The notes under the pieces are model-generated. The model made no database searches. It was given only the letters and a program-made list of their open reading frames with translations, and was not told the origin of the DNA. Shown one piece after another: positions 1 to 11,879 of a stretch of DNA of 53,504 nt (within the stretch, counting starts at the first letter, position 1; every line of letters starts with the position of its first letter). This stretch comes from Elsinoe ampelina (lineage: Eukaryota), in assembly GCA_010093995.1 (NCBI GenBank), contig ML992514.1, positions 589,967-643,470 on the forward strand, written 5' to 3'. The position numbers and the translations under genes are program-made.

Positions 1-401
1 AAAAGCAGATTGGATGGCAAGAACAATGTCGTTGTTTCTCTCAAGCCGCACAATATATATCCGTCGTGAGGGCCGAGGGCTGCCCCTCGCTCTCCCGACG
101 TCATGCCCGCTGCTCCGCTGTGGTTGATGAAACTCAATTCGCTCTCCCTCTTGCTTCCATCTCACTATATTGTCAAGACATTTATCGTGAAGCGCGGAAG
201 TGACCTCTGATCTGCTGCATCGAGCACTCTACAGTATACTTCGGTAGAGTGAATGGGTGCCCTGAAAATACAGTGCTGACACTTTTGATGAAACCAACAG
301 GTCAGGTCCGCTAGGTACCTGTCCATATACAATGCTACTGTATCCAATCCTTTCGAGGCTCTCTTTCTCATCCTCTCCTACTCAAATTTGTAACCGACGA
401 T

Positions 402-1261
402 GTGACTACCACACAGCCAGTCAAGCTATACCGCTACCACGATGTAGGCGAAAGACAGACTCAGTGCTGCCATTCACTGACACTTCAGAGGGACAAATTT
501 CGCCCAACCCGTGGAAGGTGGTCATCTTCTTGTACCAATTGGATCTGCCCTTCGAAATGATAGTCCTCGATCGAACAGATCCCGACGTCCGCAAGAAGGA
601 TCCAGTGGTCACTATTTCGCCGAATGGTCGCATGCCTATCTTTGAGGACCCGAACACTGGCGTGAAGCTTTGGGAGGTACCTAAGCCGTCTGCCAAATGT
701 GTGGACGACCTGATCAACTTACGAATGTAGTCCGGTGCAATCATCGAGTATCTCCTGGATGTCTATGACAAGGAGAACACCTTGACATACTCGACGGTCC
801 CAGAAAAGTACGAACAGAATTGCTGGAAGCATTTCCAGATGAGCGGTCAAGGTCCCTACTACGGACAAAGCACATGGTTCAGCTTCGTAAGTGTCATGTC
901 CATGCCACAAAGAAGGACGATACTAAACTACCAGCTCCACCACGAGAAGCTCCCCAGCGCTCAAAAGCGGTACGAGGATGAGATTCATCGCGTACTCGGC
1001 GTCATTGATGGCCACCTAGAGCGGACAGGTAGGCAGTGGCTTGTTGGAGACAACATGTGCTTTGCGGATCTCATGTTTGTGCCTTGGAACACGCTGCTGA
1101 GCATGGTCATGTTTGGACCGCAGTTTGAGGTGGAGTGGAAGGAGAAGTTTCCAAAGTGTTATGAGTGGCATCAGAGGTTGCTGCAGGTGGAGAGTGTGAT
1201 GAAGGCACAGGAGTATGCGCAGGAAGCGGCCAAGTCGATGGGGGAATATAAGAAGGTGTGA
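402..1261 (+). CDS. Glutathione S-transferase (Ure2-like fungal GST), 3 introns; start codon unresolved
   Basis: Spliced reading gives PVKLYRYHD/GQISPNPWKV...SPNGRMP...KLWE/SGAIIEYL...HFQMSGQGPYYGQ...WLVGDNMCFADL, typical GST N- and C-domain motifs. Introns at about 444-490, 677-730 and 887-934; stop TGA 1259-1261. Confidence 0.85.
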
Positions 1262-1488
1262 GCCGCCTCTTTTACAGCTTATCCTTATTATTGGGCAGCT
1301 CGTCGAGTGCGTCTAAAGTCCTCACGTTTAAATACAAAACGTAGAATGAATAAGAAGCTGATTTAGAAAATGCTCGCCGACTGTTGATCTTCCAACGTCA
1401 TCACCATCACCCCGCGGTCGATCTCCCATCTCCCTCGGGCACATCAGATCCACTTCCTTTCACCACCATCTCTACACAGCAGATTCCC

Positions 1489-2294
1489 ATGCTACCAGAA
1501 GAAGAAGAATCCAACTATGCCATCTTCCGCGACTGCCTCTCCGACCTCATCACCACCCGCCTCGCCCCCGTGAAAGAGCGTCGCCGGGTAAAAGGCCGCA
1601 AGAACGAGATCAAACCAGCAGCGAACCCATCCCCGGACGAGAACCCAGCAGAAGACCTAGCCGACTTCATCGACGTAAGACCCCCCCCTTCCCTTCTCTC
1701 CCCGTTCCCCCTCCTGACCATCCCAAGTACCTCGCCACCGAAATCTTCCTCTCCCTCCCCGTCCCCCTCCGCACCCTCTCCTACAAAACCCTGCAATCCA
1801 CCCCCTCGCTAGCAGCACAGTACTCCGTCCCCCTCCCCCTCCCCCTCCTAGAATCCCTAACCTCCCCCCTCCCCCCCTCCGTCCCGGACACGTTCACCAC
1901 CTTCCACCTCCTGCCCCCCACGCACGACCTCCCCCTGCTCCTCTCCCCCGTCTTCGAAGCCTACGTGACTTCCGCCTCCGCCCCGCCCCCCGAACACGTC
2001 TACTCCGTCCGCGCAACCGAGTGCGAGGTCTGCGGGCGCGGACACCTCCCGTTGACGTATCACCACTTGATTCCGCGGCAGGTGCAGGCCAAGGCGGTCA
2101 AGAGGGGGTGGGTGGGGGCGTGGGAGGTGCAGAAGGTCGCGTGGTTGTGTAGGGCTTGTCATGGGTTTGTGCATCGGGTGGCTACGAATGAGGAGTTGGC
2201 GAGGGAGTGGAATTCGGTGGAGAAGTTGGGGGAAAGGGAGGATGTGCAGGCTTGGGCGGGGTGGGTGGGGAGGGTGAGGTGGAAGAAGAGGTAG
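1489..2294 (+). CDS. Conserved fungal HNH-like zinc-binding protein (YisB-like)
   Basis: ATG 1489; intron 1675-1727 (GTAAGA...CTGAC...AAG) joins an open frame ending in CEVCGR...LTYHHLIPR...WLCRACHGFVH (CxxC..HH..CxxCH, HNH-type pattern). Confidence 0.8.
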
Positions 2295-2399
2295 GGAGCG
2301 AGGGAGGGGATTGCATTTGGCTATTTACGGTTGCATGTTTATGTTTGCATTTGTGGACGGGTTGGGCTTGAGTGGGTGAGAGTCTGGTGGGCGGGCCTT

Positions 2400-3892
2400 T
2401 TAGCCTTGCACTTTTAGGCCGGTTGGACCTGTGTTCCAGCCATGGGTCATCAGGCTGGGTGGGATGCCATTCGAGGTGGCGACGTCTGGGTTGGGGTAGT
2501 ACCAGGCGGCAATGGCGACGATGGCATAGATGAGGACCAACAGAGCTCCTTCGAGGTAGTTGCTCTCCTTGTCGCGGAGAAAGTTACCGACGACCAGGAT
2601 AGATACGAGCAGCAAAGCGATCATGAAGATCTCAAAGTTCAGATCCATCTTCTTGCCCATGATCCAGCTGACAATGACGACAAAGGGACCGTTGAACAGG
2701 GCAGTCTGGATGGAGGGACCGAGACAGTGGTAGAGAGCAAAGTTCTAGTTTTGTTAGCGAATGCTTGTATGCGGCACAGCAAACTCACCATTTGTCCATC
2801 CCATGCTTCGTCAATGGCCGTCAGGTGCTCGGCAGCCTTTTCGACCAAAGGAATCAAGATCAAGCCGAGGAATTGATCGGGTACACCAGCCTCGACAATC
2901 TCCTCAATCTGTTCGACGAGGAAGATTGCCATCAAGGTGACTAGCGCGAGGGAGATGACAAGTGCGACGCAGCATTCGGTGAAGGTATACTTTGGCTTGG
3001 CGAGATCATATTCATGGTCGGTGTCTTTGTGCTCGTCGGCCTCGAGGACCTCGTTAAAGATGCTATCAGTGCTCCGGGCATTGAACCAGATATAGACGGC
3101 AAAAGCGATGATCAGTATGATCGAGGTCAGTCGACTGATGTTTAGGACGTCGTCGAGAAGCTTCTGCTGCGTGAACTTGGGAGCATGGCCCATGACTAGG
3201 CTGACGACGGTCTCGCCCTTCAGAGCCGAATAGAAGGCACTTGGGATGAGCAATCCGAACCCAGCGATGAGAAGTAGTCCAGTACCAGTCTCGCTGATGA
3301 CCGCATGGAAAGTCTGTACACTCTGTCGAATGCCGCCGAAGAAGAAGACCAGGCCCAAGCATAAGAGGAGATTGGTGAGGATGGATCCGAGGATGGCAGC
3401 CTGGATGATGGGAATGAGATTGCCCTCGTCGGCGTTACCCTCGGTATCATGATGATTGATGATGAGTGTCAAGAAGAGGATGATCTCGACGATCGACCCG
3501 AGAGCTGTTTCAATGAGAATGCCAGAGACCTTTGGGAGCTTGCGGGCGAGTTCCTGACCAGCAAAGCCAACAAGATTGGCACACGGGACCATTGCAATAT
3601 AGGCGAGGGCGAATATCCATTGTGCATGATGTGGAAAGACAAAACGAATGACAATGGCCAATGGGACGAATGGCCAGAGTAAGTTGACCAGAGATGAGAC
3701 TGCACAGGAGCTTGTCCAGGTGATCCTCAGAAAATGAGAGACGTGGAAACCAGTACGACCACTTTCGCCTTCATGGTGAACTCCATCAAGTAATGTGTGG
3801 ACATGTTCTCTCACGGTCGGCAGTACACCATCACCATGCTCACCGTGAGCGTGGCTGCTTTCGGCCTGTTGGTGGTCGCCGTGGGGTGACAT
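2400..3892 (-). CDS. Vacuolar Ca2+/H+ exchanger (CAX/Vcx1 family)
   Basis: Multi-TM protein with alpha-repeat motifs (GSIVE..., AAILGSILTNLLLCLG, LIPLVEKAAEH, SNYLEGALL); one intron at 2745-2788 joins the two ORF-track pieces. Confidence 0.9.
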
Positions 3893-4066
3893 GAGTAGGG
3901 TGACTTTGTCCTATGCCGTGTCTTGCGTAGTAGCGTGCCGCAGTCTATGCAGTCATCAATAATTGAACTCGCAGAGATCTGTCGGTGAGGTTAGAGGTCG
4001 TGGACCTGCCAAGAACGGAGCTCCACCTGGCAGCTGGTTGGCACTGCCCTACGAAGTATGGACCTA

Positions 4067-4106
4067 CAGTCGTTTTGAGTTCAACCGAGCCACCCCGGGC
4101 TTGGCG
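4067..4106 (+). repeat. Left terminal inverted repeat (40 bp perfect; imperfect extension to about 4231)
   Basis: Exact reverse complement of 7437-7476; imperfect matches continue inward. Confidence 0.95.
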
Positions 4107-4699
4107 GTACTCTTCACCGACTTCTGCTCACCAAAATTGGCTGGCTGGAGGTCTAGAGAGAATATAGAGTCGAATAGCTTAACAACGCTATCTATTTGAA
4201 TGAAATTAAAGCTAAAAAAAAAGGTATAATAGACTAGTTAGTATATACTAACGTTACTAAATTATAGCTTGTAAGTGTCCTTCTTCTATAACTAACTATT
4301 GCTCTAGCTATATAAAGAAACCTTTAAGGGCAGCATAGGAGGCAATTATAATATTCTCTACTCCTCTATTATTACTACTAGTCTCTTCTTCTTTAAGGCA
4401 CTTCTTAAGCTTATTAAAGAAGGTACTAGATAACCTTCGTTATAGTTTAACTATCTAGCTAAAGAGCTATATACTAGCACTAGTATAGGTAGTACCTTAT
4501 CTAGAAGTTACATCCGCTAACCTAGCTCTTTAGAGACTTATAGAGTAAGCTATAAACTAAGTTATATTACCTTTATAAGCTAGATCTTAGTAGCTGTCTC
4601 TTTAATTAAGATTTCTAACACCTATACTAGACTAGCTAAGGTAGTTAATTAAGTTAGATATAGTACTAGAGGAAGAGCTAGATATATAGGTAATAGAGG

Positions 4700-6050
4700 T
4701 GCTATAGTTATTATAAGTACTAGAGTTACTAAAGACTAATTCTAGCAACTTAGATATACTCTATCTTAGTTAGATAGTAGAGGTAAAGCTAGTAGTAAAG
4801 CTTAGAAGTAAGACTCTATACTATAACAAGCATATATTTAGCTAGCTAAGTAATCTATTATAGTTAGTACTAGCTAATTAGGTAGTAGAGAAGAGTAGTC
4901 TTATTACTTAAGCTATACTCGAGCTACTTTTACTTAATTACGCTACTACCTATAAGCGTCTTAGTATATAGTAGCTATTTAGAGTAGCAATATTAGAGCT
5001 AGCTAAGATGTAGAGGCTAGTTAATAAGCTTAAAGATTAGCTTACTAAGAATTACTAGTAGCTTAGACTCAGCCTTACTACCAAGATAAAGAAGATACTA
5101 ATAGCTATAAACTCTATAGTAAATTTAAGAGTTATATAACTACCTTTAACTATACTAGTTCTAAGCTCTTTAATAGGTCTACTACTACTGCCTTTATAGT
5201 AATCCTCCCTTAGATCAACACTAGTAAGGACAGTATAAACTCTAGTAGCTAGTATAATACTACTATCTTCGTAGGTAGTGTAGCTAGCGCTACTATTATA
5301 AGGTCGAGGCTTAGTAACGAGCTAATTATATAGTGCGCTCGAGGGCGTAAATAGTAATAAGGAGCCTCTATTAGAGTTAGTATAGACTTATACTAATTGT
5401 AATTACTATAACTATAAGAGGTTATACTAGTATATATTAACTAGTAAGTACTACTAGATTATAACGAAGAATAAGTATATCTAGGCTACTACTATTCGTA
5501 ATAGTAAAGCCACTATTAATTGTCCTTCTATAGGCCTTATATTAAGCCTTAATCGCTTAAAAGCCTTAAGGAGTATTAAAAGCGCTTTACTAATACTACT
5601 AACACTAATGCCTTTAGCGTCTTTAGCGCCTTTTATACTCCCTCTAACACCTATTAACTATATTAATATTATAAACTCGATTGCTTTTTACTAGCTATAG
5701 TAGCGCTTAGGGCCTATAAACGACTTAAGATCCTTACCTGTCACCTCTAAGACTAACCCTTATAAAGTTTTAACTAAATTCTTTAAGTAAATAAAGAGAA
5801 AAAGAAGCTTTAAAAGAGATATTTAGGTACTAGATTAAGTTAAATTTAAGCTAAAGAAGAAGAATTATAACCTCGATAGTATAAGAGATATATACTCGAA
5901 TAGGTAGAGAGATACCTAGGCCTTTAATAAAGGCCTTCTATACTAGATTTAAAGCTAAATTAGCCCTTTTAAGCGCTAGTATTACTCTAAGATAGTTATA
6001 CGAGCTAAATCGAATTAAGCAAGTTAGATACCTTACTATCTTAGTAGTCG
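4700..6050 (+). pseudogene. RIP-mutated second (cargo/accessory) ORF inside the transposon, unknown function; boundaries approximate
   Basis: A single + frame over about 4980-6000 reads as protein once RIP changes are reversed: a Pro/Ser-rich stretch, a putative W-x-C...C-x-N...CW...H...W...G-x-AT motif (5380-5530), then EFF-x-W...YDLDG (5770-5885). Confidence 0.5.
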
Positions 6051-6329
6051 AAATAGACACTTTTATCTAGTTTATAGCAGCTAATATAGATACTAATTTA
6101 TATAGCGCAATAGACGATTTAACTAGCTTAGCGGCCGAGATAGATATTAATCTAGTTCGGCTACTAAACTAGACTTAGTTTATCTAACTTAAAGTAGTAT
6201 ATATATAGTATAGAGTAGTTATAGTAGTAGTAAAGAGTTTTTACTAGGTCTTAGTATTAAACTTATTTAATATAAGCAATTTCTTACGTACTAAATAGAT
6301 TCTCTATAACCTTACGCTATATCTATAGC

Positions 6330-7290
6330 TCTTAAAGTACGCCTTAGCGTATAGTCCGCTATATAAGTAAATAGCTAGCTTTAAGAAATTAGTATATTCC
6401 TTGTACCTAGCGACTAGATTATAGTATTACTTTACCTACGCCTTTAGCACTAAGAAGAATTACTTAATAGAATTAAAATCTAGCGAATAGAGCAGTAGGT
6501 ATTTAAGGTAACTTCTATACTCTTATACTAGCTTCTTTACCTTATTACTCTAGTAGATTAAAGTATTATCTATAACGAAGATTATACTAGCTAGAAGCTC
6601 TAGTATTATTATATCTATTAGCTAGCTAATAAAGATCTTACTAGTAATTAATCTATAGTAGATTAAGGTACTAGGGAGATAGCTATTAATAGTAATAGCT
6701 AGTAATACGCTTTACCTCTTACTACGCTACTTTAGCTAGATATCTATATACTTCTTACTAACGGGCGCCTACCTATACCTCCTCTACGCTATATACTTAT
6801 TATAAGCTAACTTATTAATATAAACAATTCTATTAACTAGCTAAAGTATATACCTTCGAGTCTAATTTACTCTAAGTATTATATCTCTTTTAGCCGCTAC
6901 CTTCTTAGCTATCTTTCGAGACTACTACTAGTACTAGATTATATACTAGATTATACTTAAGTATACCTAGTAATTATATATCTCTCTTAAGAAGGCTTAA
7001 ACTTTGTTAAGATAAGTAGTAGAGATATTATTTAGGTAGGCTATTACCTCCTTAGATAGGTTAGCATAGAAAGAGCTTAGCTATAAAGGACTTACATCTT
7101 CTAAGAAAGAGGTAAGAGTATAAGAGTATAGTATATAAGCTTTAATAGAAGAATAAGAAGTACTAAAGAACCTAAGGGATAGTTAAATTTAGCGGATTAT
7201 AGCTCTAGCTACCTTAGTAGTAGCATAAATAGCATAATCGGTATACTCTTTAGTAAGCAAGAACTACATATCTACTAGTTTTAATTTAGC
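6330..7290 (-). pseudogene. RIP-mutated DD34E transposase; ends approximate
   Basis: Minus strand reads IVYINKL (de-RIP VYVDES), RRYR*APV (RYGWAP), KR*SVLLAITINSY (RWSVLPA.T.DGY) and FVIDNT...YLLLYSLDFNSIK (MDNA...YLPPYSPDFNPIE). There are 34 residues between the second D and the E position. Confidence 0.9.
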
Positions 7291-7436
7291 TATCTAATAA
7301 TTAACTATAACAGTGATAACCTAATTAGAGTAGTATAGCAACTATTACACCTTTTTTCAGCTTTAATTTATCAGTATTCTCTATGGACTTCTAGCTAGCC
7401 AAATTTGATGACGAGAGGTCAACGCGGAGTATAACA

Positions 7437-7476
7437 CGCCAAGCCCGGGGTGGCTCGGTTGAACTCAAAACGACTG
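7437..7476 (-). repeat. Right terminal inverted repeat (40 bp)
   Basis: CGCCAAGCCCGGGGTGGCTCGGTTGAACTCAAAACGACTG followed by TA. Confidence 0.95.
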
Positions 7477-8046
7477 TACCATTCTTGATTTTCTCCGTTG
7501 TCCAAGCGAAAAGAGGCTTGAGGCGTTTTTGAGACCCTGATCGGTCGCTGGCAGCTGCCCACCGGATCTACCTATCTGTGTGATCTGGTGTACTCAGCTG
7601 GCCTCGCGACAGCCACATCGTCTTTACGTTGCTTCTTTCGTCAAAAGGGTATTCCAATTTGGAGCTGCCCTCTGTCACGAACGACGAATGCGTGTGACGC
7701 GACAAATTATCCCCGGATTGATATATTCTTGAGGAGCTTCCGCGGATATTATTCATGAATAGAGATTTGGTTGTTGAGCTAACTTACAGTAACTTACCAT
7801 TACTCAGCTACCTGATTGCCCCGCCATCGAGGATCCATCTCGAACCGTCTTCTCCATCTTCTGTTCTCCTTGAACCCTCCCTCGGACCTGCATATCACAT
7901 CTTGACAACGCATTTCTGTTGCTGACCCCTGGTTGATCGTCGCGATCGTCCATTCGCAATAAGAAAAAGCACAACTACGGTCATAGCTCCCCCCTCCCCG
8001 GATACTCGACCTCAACTTCGATCCTCGTCTCACTTCTTTCCTGACC

Positions 8047-9565
8047 ATGTCCGGCTACCCAGGCCAGCAGTACCACGGTGGTGGAGGATACGGCGCTCCT
8101 CCCCCACAACAGGGTTATCCACCGCAGCAAGGTTACCAGCAGCAGGGTTACCCGTACGTCTTCGAAACCCGACACAGACATCCTGTACTGACTCCGTCCA
8201 CAGACCTCAGCAGCAACAAGGTTACGGCTACGGCGGTTCCCCTCAGCCTCCATACAACGGCGGCTATGGAGCGCCACCACCTCAGCAGTATGGAGGATAT
8301 CAACAGGTGAATGCGCTTCGTCTTTCTGACATTACAAGATATTGACCATGTACCAGACTCCACCTCCTCAGCAGCAAGGCTACGGCCCTCCTCCCAACTT
8401 CCCGAGTGTACATCAAAATGCCTATATGCAAGGCAATCACAATGCGCCCCCACCCCCTCCGCAACAAGCACAGCAATTCGGCCATGGCGCACCGCAAGGC
8501 TACAGCTTTCAGTACTCGAACTGTACTGGTAGGAGAAAGGCACTTTTGATTGGTATCAACTACTTTGGTCAGCGTGGAGAGCTTCGAGGCTGCATCAACG
8601 ATGTCAAGAATGTATCGGCATACCTAAACGAGTACTTTGGATACAAGAGAGAAGATATGGTCGTCTTGACCGATGACCAGCAGAACCCAATGAGCCAGCC
8701 GACAAAGGCAAACATGCTGCGCGCCATGCACTGGCTTGTCAAGGACGCAAGGCCCAACGATTCGCTCTTCTTCCATTACTCCGGTCACGGTGGACAGACC
8801 AGGGATCTCGACGGTGACGAGGAGGATGGATACGATGAGGTCGTCTACCCAGTAGATTTCCGACAGGCAGGTCACATTGTGGATGACGAGATGCATAACA
8901 TTTTGGTTCGCACCCTGCAACCCGGTGTCAGATTGACGGCCATCTTCGACTCTTGCCATTCCGGATCGGCACTCGATTTGCCATACATTTACAGCACTCA
9001 AGGCGTGCTCAAAGAGCCAGATCTTGCAAAGGAGGCTGGAAAGGGCTTGCTTGGTATTGTGTCCAGCTATGCTCGTGGTGACATGATGGGAATGGCAAAC
9101 ACCGCCATGGGTCTATTTAAGAAGGCAACGACTGGTGATGATGCTTACAAGAAGAATTTGAAGACAAAGACCAGTCCAGCAGATGTCATTATGTGGTCTG
9201 GAAGCAAGGATGATCAGACTTCGTGAGTTGACAACGAGAGGAATATATACTTGACATGCTGACAGATGATTCACAGTGCTGATGCTTCGATCGCAAACCA
9301 GGCTACCGGGTAAGAAGACCGTCTGAAATATTGAGGGAGTGTACTAACACAATCAGCGCCATGTCTTGGGCTTTCATTACAGCTCTCAAAAAGAACCCTC
9401 AGCAGAGCTACGTCCAGCTGCTCAACAGCATTCGTGATGAGCTGCGCACAAAGTACTCGCAGAAGCCTCAACTGAGCTGCAGTCATCCTCTCGGTATGTC
9501 ACAATCGTACTCAGATCATATCAGAGCTAATAGATGCAGATACCAACCTCCTGTACGTCATGTAA
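8047..9565 (+). CDS. MCA1: Metacaspase-1
   Basis: Q/P/G/Y-rich prodomain, [27 protein letters not shown] (catalytic His), AIFDSCHSG (catalytic Cys), [12 protein letters not shown]; five GT-AG introns; stop TAA 9563-9565. Confidence 0.95.
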
Positions 9566-10455
9566 GCTGGCAGGTGTCATTCAACCCTGACCAGCAATGA
9601 CAGCCCACAAGCGCCCATGTCTGGACCATCCAGATCTGTTTCCAGCACGTCTCTCTCATCTGTTCCTTCTTCTGCTGTTGACTCGAGATACTCGTCCTGC
9701 ACTTCCTCACGTGCGGCTTCGCCTGTCACTTCATCTACGTCCTTTGGAGATTATGCGATTCCCTCGGCAGGTCATGTTCATCCGGCTCCTGATTTTGCGG
9801 TTCCGGAGTTGCCTAGAAAGAGACGAAAAGTCGACAATGGATGACTATGTTGGCTGCTATGAGTGGGTTGCTGGCAGGCAAGAGGGAGCTTGTGTGGGTG
9901 GGTATGTACTGTGCATAGAGGGTGTTTTCGGTATAAAATGCAATGGAACACACGTATGCTTCCGTCCCAGATTTCTTAATTTGTGTGGGAATGTCACAAT
10001 CGCATAATGCCTGTCAGTTTCATCTCGAATGTACACAAGTATTCCCGTTCCTGAGCTAAGTTTTAAGTATCGTCAGCTCCACCTTGATGCTGGTTGGTAT
10101 GGCTGCGCTATGACGCAACTCGACTTTTCAGCCACAAAAGTTGGCACATTACCGCAACCTTCCGTCCTGGATAACATGTGCTTTCCGTATTTTCAATCGT
10201 ATCATTCTTGTCATCTATGTCTCGGACATCTCAATAAGCTAGCATTGGTAGATTGATACACCTGTCAAACCAATTATTGCTACAGCCACCCTACTCAGCT
10301 GACCACAGCTTCCGACCAAGTCAGTCAGCCACACCACCCAGCCACAGCATACCATTCACATCGCCTTGCCCCTGAAGCGGAGCTACAGCACCAGGACGAT
10401 CCACGTCCGGTTTTGCGAGTATCTTCCAGCTGTCTGGACCAGCTAACCAGCAACC

Positions 10456-11879
10456 ATGGCAAATGGCCTCACCCCCAAGACCGACTTCTTCTCCCATCTC
10501 AAATACCGTAAAACATGCCATCTCCTAGTCACCGCCGAAGCAGATGAGCCCGACGAGATCACGCTCCAAGAGTGGCGGCAAGAAGGCTTCGTCGTGAGCT
10601 ACATTGCCTTTGGGGATGGTGGCGTGGAATTTGTCCGCCGAGTACAAGCTCACGCCAACAAGATCAGCGTGGGGGAACAGTACGCTATAGTCGGTACGTC
10701 CCTCCTCCCCTATCTTCTCCTTGTTCCTTCGTCAGCACCTCCATTTTCATTCTCCTTCTCACGAACCATCCCGGTCCTCAGACACCACCTCCCTTGTCCC
10801 GCCCTCCCAGCCTCCCCTTCATTCTGGACCGACCTCTGACCATCCCAGCCTACGCCTCCCCCTCCTCCCCCCTCCTCTCCTCCCTGCGCCACCTCCCCCG
10901 CCTCCTCGCCTTCATAGCCTACTACCCACCCCAAATCCCCGCCTCAACATCCCTCACCTACCCCGCCTCCGTCTCCATCCTCATCCACCTATGCGCCTCC
11001 ACCACCATCTCCGTGACCAAACGCCCTGAAGTCCTCGGCATCCAAGGCTCCAAGACCCGCACCGTGCAAAAACGCGTCGAGTCCGGCGCCGGTCTCGGCG
11101 GGGAAGTCGAGCTGGGCCGCAAGGGGGTGGACGGGGAGAAAGTCAGGACGTATGTCTACGAGGGCGTACGGCCGGGGTTCGCCGAGGGGGACGTCGAGGA
11201 GTACGACTCGGTCGCGAAGGAGTTGGCGTTTGGCCGGTCGCTCACCCTGATCCGGAAAGCGTTCGGCGTGCCCGAGGTGGACGTCGAGGGCATCAGGGAC
11301 GCATGGATGGATGAGGTCGGCGGGGACGCGGCCAAGGCGTGTGCGGCGTTGCCCGGGGAAGGGGTGGGGAGGATCAACCTCCCCACGCTGACGGGGGGGT
11401 TCGACCGGGAGGGGCTGGTGGGGTTTTATAGGGATTTGTTCGGGCCCAGCGCGCCGTTCATCAGGGCGAGGTTGATGAGTAGGACGGCGGGTCAGAATCA
11501 AGTTGTCGATGAGATGGTGGTGAGTTTCAAGCATGATAGGGTTGTGCAGTGGATTTTGCCAGGGGTGCCGGCTACGGGGAGGGAGGTGAGGATTGTGATG
11601 GTTAGTGTGGTGGGGATCAAGGGGGGGAAGGTGGTGGCCGAGAGGGTGTATTGGGATCAGGCGAGTGTTTTGGTTCAGATTGGCATGTTGGATCCGGCGT
11701 TGGTGCCGGATGGGTTTGGGAAGGGGAAGGTGGAGGGAGAGGGGAGGGTGAAGGGGAAGAGGAAGTTGAGAATGCCGGTGGTTGGGGCGGAGCAGGCGAA
11801 TGCGGTTGAGTGGGGCGAGGATTGGGATGGGAATGTGAATGAGTTGTGTGGGAAGGTGGCGAAGGCGAGCGTGTCGTAG
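10456..11879 (+). CDS. Dienelactone hydrolase-like / SnoaL (NTF2-like) domain protein
   Basis: Exon 1 (EWRQEGFVVSY...YAIV), intron 10694-10848, then IAYYP, PGFAE, SRTAGQNQVVDEM, WILPGVPATGREV and ERVYWDQASVLVQIGMLDP, the last typical of the fungal SnoaL-like family. Confidence 0.8.

Larger units (their letters stand above)
4067..7476. mobile_element. Full-length RIP-inactivated Tc1/mariner-superfamily (DD34E, Tc1-like) DNA transposon, 3410 bp
   Basis: Perfect 40-bp TIRs CAGTCGTTTTGAGTTCAACCGAGCCACCCCGGGCTTGGCG (4067-4106 and reverse complement 7437-7476), flanked by TA at 4065-4066 and 7477-7478. The interior is AT-rich, TpA-saturated and CpA/TpG-depleted (RIP signature), with a transposase relic on the minus strand. 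Confidence 0.95.

Noticed and set aside
3963..4199. Short ORFs crossing the left transposon end
   Set aside because: They span the TA insertion junction and TIR, so they are chance frames.
9597..10007. 136-aa ORF downstream of MCA1
   Set aside because: No recognisable motifs and it overlaps the likely 3' UTR; only the nested 75-aa frame was kept as a weak candidate.
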